Shown here piece by piece: positions 56,231 to 59,130 of a DNA stretch of 59,130 nucleotides. Both the position numbers and the translations under genes were made by a program. Positions within the stretch are counted from its first letter, which is position 1; the number at the start of each line of letters is the position of its first letter. This DNA comes from an uncultured Thermomicrobiales bacterium (GTDB taxonomy: Bacteria; Chloroflexota; Chloroflexia; Thermomicrobiales; UBA6265), in the NCBI GenBank assembly GCA_902806325.1, contig CADCWE010000229.1, positions 1 through 59,130 of the forward strand. The letters run 5' to 3'. The notes beneath the pieces are model-generated. The model saw only the letters and a list, made by a program, of their open reading frames with translations, was not told where the DNA came from and made no database searches.

Positions 56231-57088
56231 CTACCCGCTCCGCTTCAGCCGCCCGGTCCGCTTGGCGAAGCGTTCGCCGATCTGGAAGACCCAGATCCCG
56301 AGCGGGACGCAGATCGCGCCCATCACCAGCAGCGGCCAAAGTTCGTCGCCGAGGCTGGTCGTGCCCTGGCCGTCGAGCAGGGTGTCGCGGACCCCGTCGA
56401 GGGCGTAGTAGACCGGGGAGAATTGGGCCAGGCTCTGCATCCAGCCCGGCAGGACATCGATCGGGTAGTAGACGCCGGAGATCAGGAGCAGCACGGAGGC
56501 GAAGATGAACGTCACCTGCTGCCCCTTCTCCGGGGACAACAGCGGCATCACCGCCGCGACCATGCCGAACCCGATCAAGGAGATCGAACAGGTCGCCAGC
56601 ACCAGCAGGGCGCCGAGGAAGTTGGCGTTGCCCAGGTCGAGGTCGAAGAAGAGCGCGATCACCCCCAGGATGACGATCGAGCGCAGGATGCCGTAGACGA
56701 TGGCGTAGACGCTGGTCCCGATCAGGTGGGTGGCGCGGCTGGCGGGGGCCATGAACGTGTACTCGATGGTGCCTTCCCACCGCTCCCAACTGACCGTCTC
56801 GGAGAGGATGTCGAACAGCATCGACAGGTAGCTCCAGAGCAAGGCCCCGATCAGGAGGTAGGTGGTGGCCCGCCCACTGCCCTCGAAGCTGCCCCCGGTT
56901 TCCTCCACCGCCGCGCCGATGAAGCCGATGCTCATCGCGTTGGCGGTGGTGTAGCCCAGCCAGACCACTTCCCACCAGAAGTAGCGTTTGGTCAGGTAGT
57001 AGTTGCGTTGGGCGAAGCCCCAGGCGGCGACGATCTCGCTCAGCCAGCGGGCCTTGCGCCCGTACGCCAGTTGCGCTTGGAGCGCCAT
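56231..57088 (-). CDS. ABC-2 type exporter permease
   Basis: WERWEGTIEYTFMAP, SGVYYPIDVLPGWMQ..SPVYYALDGVR. Confidence 0.92.
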   Translation of the reverse strand: MALQAQLAYGRKARWLSEIVAAWGFAQRNYYLTKRYFWWEVVWLGYTTANAMSIGFIGAAVEETGGSFEGSGRATTYLLIGALLWSYLSMLFDILSETVSWERWEGTIEYTFMAPASRATHLIGTSVYAIVYGILRSIVILGVIALFFDLDLGNANFLGALLVLATCSISLIGFGMVAAVMPLLSPEKGQQVTFIFASVLLLISGVYYPIDVLPGWMQSLAQFSPVYYALDGVRDTLLDGQGTTSLGDELWPLLVMGAICVPLGIWVFQIGERFAKRTGRLKRSG

Positions 57089-57900
57089 CAGTTCACCCCG
57101 GCTTTCTCGGCCTTTTCCGATTCGCGCGCGTCGGCGTCCTCGAGCGAGGTGCCGGAAACGGCCATGAAGACTTCTTCCAGGCTTGGCAGGTGGCCGTTCT
57201 GCTGGTAGCGGCGCTTGAGCGCGTCCGCCGTGTCGAGTTCGACGATCCGACCGTCGACCATGATCCCGATCCGGTCGCAGAGGTCCTCGGCCTCGCCCAT
57301 GTCGTGGGTGCAGAGCAGGATCGAGGAGTCGTGCTGGGCGCGGATCGCGTTGACCAGGTCCTGGACGTCCTTCTTGCTCCGCGGGTCGAGGCCGGTGGTC
57401 GGCTCGTCAAGCAGCATCAGCATCGGCGAGGTCAGGAGCGCCCGGGCGAGGGCGATCTTCTGCTGCATCCCCCGCGAGAGGTGCTCCATCGGTTCCCCGA
57501 CCCGTTTCATGTCGAAGCCGATGCTTTCGAGGATGGTGCCGATCCGGGGCAGGGCCTCGCGACCGGTGACGCCATACAGCTTCGCCCCGTAGAGCAGGTT
57601 CTCCCGCGCCGAGAGCTTCTTGAAGAAGCTGGCCTCGACGCTGACCCGGTTCATCGTCTGTTGGACGATCTTCGGCTTGCGCACCGCGTCCACGCCGAAG
57701 ACCCGGATCTCGCCCGCGTCCGGCAGGATCAAGGTCGAGATGACGCGGACCAGGGTGCTCTTGCCGGAGCCGTTCGGGCCGAGGATGCCGACGACCTCGC
57801 CCCGCTCGACGTTCAGCGAGACGCCGTCGAGGGCGGTCGTCATCTCGCCCCGCTTCTTCTTGAACTGCTTGCGGACGGTGGTCAGTTCGAGGGCGCGCAT
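57088..57900 (-). CDS. ABC exporter ATP-binding protein
   Basis: GPNGSGKST, LSRGMQQK, LDEPTTGLD, CTH; ATG at 57900 with GGAG RBS. Confidence 0.93.
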   Translation of the reverse strand: MRALELTTVRKQFKKKRGEMTTALDGVSLNVERGEVVGILGPNGSGKSTLVRVISTLILPDAGEIRVFGVDAVRKPKIVQQTMNRVSVEASFFKKLSARENLLYGAKLYGVTGREALPRIGTILESIGFDMKRVGEPMEHLSRGMQQKIALARALLTSPMLMLLDEPTTGLDPRSKKDVQDLVNAIRAQHDSSILLCTHDMGEAEDLCDRIGIMVDGRIVELDTADALKRRYQQNGHLPSLEEVFMAVSGTSLEDADARESEKAEKAGVN

Positions 57901-58080
57901 GGGAGGCTCCAGTCGGAAGTCGTACGTCGAAAAGCAGGGAGGGGGCCTTAAGGTCGCCCCAGACTCGGACCCGGAGGGACTTCGGCGGTCCATCTCCGGG
58001 TGCCCGCTGGGCGATTCAGCCCCGGGAAAGCCGCGCGATACCGGGATGCACCCTTTACGCCTCCCTCCGGATTCCGGGAC

Positions 58081-58115
58081 AAAGAAAACCCCCGGACAGC
58101 GCGCTGTCCGGGGGT
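58081..58115 (-). terminator. Intrinsic terminator within the 5' leader of the ABC exporter operon
   Basis: Palindrome ACCCCCGGACAGCGCGCTGTCCGGGGGT running into a TTTTCTTT tract on the minus strand. Confidence 0.8.
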
Positions 58116-58146
58116 CCGTTGCTGGCTCATCGCGGTTCGGGAACGG

Positions 58147-58254
58147 TCAGGTCCTTACCTGGACGCGTTCGGGGAACGGGATGGGCACGGCACGGGCCGA
58201 CCCGGACGGCACGGGGCCGCCTCGGAACCGGATACCCAGGATCGTGCTTGCCAT
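58147..58254 (-). CDS. Putative 35-aa leader peptide (uORF)
   Basis: GGAG RBS, then MASTILGIRFRGGPVPSGSARAVPIPFPERVQVRT-TGA, located between promoter and terminator. Confidence 0.5.
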   Translation of the reverse strand: MASTILGIRFRGGPVPSGSARAVPIPFPERVQVRT

Positions 58255-58317
58255 CGGGTTCACTCCGGCGCCATGGGTTCCCATGGCGCGATGAACCGGC
58301 AACTGCCGGTACGAACC

Positions 58318-58346
58318 AGATTAGGGCAGGCGACCCGGGTTGTCAA
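58318..58346 (-). promoter_or_regulatory. Sigma70-type promoter of the ABC exporter leader
   Basis: TTGACA (58346-58341), 17 bp, TAATCT (58323-58318). Confidence 0.7.
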
Positions 58347-58679
58347 CCGGAATCGGACCGTTTATCGCGGGCTTCCGCGCCCGGGACGGCGTTGACCGCC
58401 TGGCGGAATCCGGCGCCTGCCACGGGCGCGGCGGACGCGCCCATCCCCGTGCCCAAGACCGACCTGCGGCCGGCGGCGGTCGAGATCCCATACGCGGGAA
58501 ACAAGCGGCGGACGAGGGCGCTGCCGGCCTGCGTTGAAGCCGGCTCGTCGTCTTCGCCGCGCGGCCCGATGCGGCCACCTCCCGGGCGGCCCCGTCGTCC
58601 ACCCGGCCGACCCGCCCCGCGGCACCGCGATAAACGCCGGGACGGAACCGGGGTCGCCTCGCCGGCGACGGCGACGGTG

Positions 58680-59130
58680 AGGTGTCGGTCGATGGCGGAG
58701 GTCGCGGCGTTGCGGCAGTCGGCCCACGCGGCGACGGCGCGTTCCAGGGCCGCGCGATCGCCGAACCGTTGGGCCAGGCACTAGCGCGCCGGCACGCGCA
58801 ACCCCAGCTCGGCCGGGGTCCGCCGGCTGCCGTGCTTGGGGGTGTGGCGGGTCTCCAGCTTGTCCGCCAGGAGCTTGGCCTCGGCCGGCGGGAAGGCGGC
58901 GGAGAGGGAGGCCGGGGAGTGCGTGTCGGGCTAGTCGAGCACCGGCACGAGCGTCTCCGCCGCCGGGTCGTGGACGTCGACGAGGCTCTTGACGCGGCGG
59001 GCGAAGGCGGGCCGCGTCCGTTGGTCGCTGACCGAGCCCGCGCGCCGGCCGCGCAGCGGCTCCGCCACCAGGAAGCGGTCGGCGGCCCCGCCCCGCGCGT
59101 ATTCCGGGTCGCGCCGAGCGGGCCGGCCGG
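58680..59130 (-). mobile_element. Degenerate IS630-family transposase remnant (continues beyond the window)
   Basis: Manual translation RRDPEYARGG..EPLRGRR..QRTRPAFA..LVD..VLD*PDTHSPASL..FPPAEA..HTPKHGS..AEL..AR*CL..ALERAVAAWADCRN matches the DDE_3 pattern; stops at 58931-58933 and 58781-58783. Confidence 0.85.

Overview
A very GC-rich, gene-dense bacterial chromosomal window. It is most consistent with a Thermomicrobiales/Chloroflexota genome (inferred from Tat/Sec proteins with AQDATP-type mature N-termini, tandem LLM oxidoreductases, a Uma2 nuclease and an XRE-ATPase-TPR-LuxR regulator). About 50 genes are supported: metabolism (class III aminotransferase, thiL, crtI, UxaA-family dehydratase, DAHP synthase, PhoX), transport (Fe3+ ABC importer, two ABC-2 exporter loci) and stress/detox operons. 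No rRNA, tRNA or CRISPR array was seen. Highlights not visible in the ORF track: (1) a BCP/PrxQ peroxiredoxin split at an in-frame TGA exactly at the peroxidatic Cys position, followed 11 nt later by a 17-nt SECIS-like hairpin, i.e. a probable selenoprotein; (2) one 25-bp IscR/Rrf2-like palindrome repeated behind two sigma70 promoters in the iron-uptake region; (3) a secreted lysyl-oxidase-like protein next to a paralog that lost its catalytic domain; (4) a DAHP synthase joining a type I-beta-like regulatory domain to a type I-alpha barrel; (5) a promoter-uORF-antiterminator-terminator leader upstream of an ABC-2 exporter; (6) two cytoplasmic HtrA-like proteases coupled to a degenerate-receiver LuxR regulator; (7) an ars-like operon with a pseudogenised MFS pump, an IS630 remnant and several palindromic or short tandem repeats, one inserted in frame in a gene. 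All family assignments come from motif recognition by eye, not database searches.
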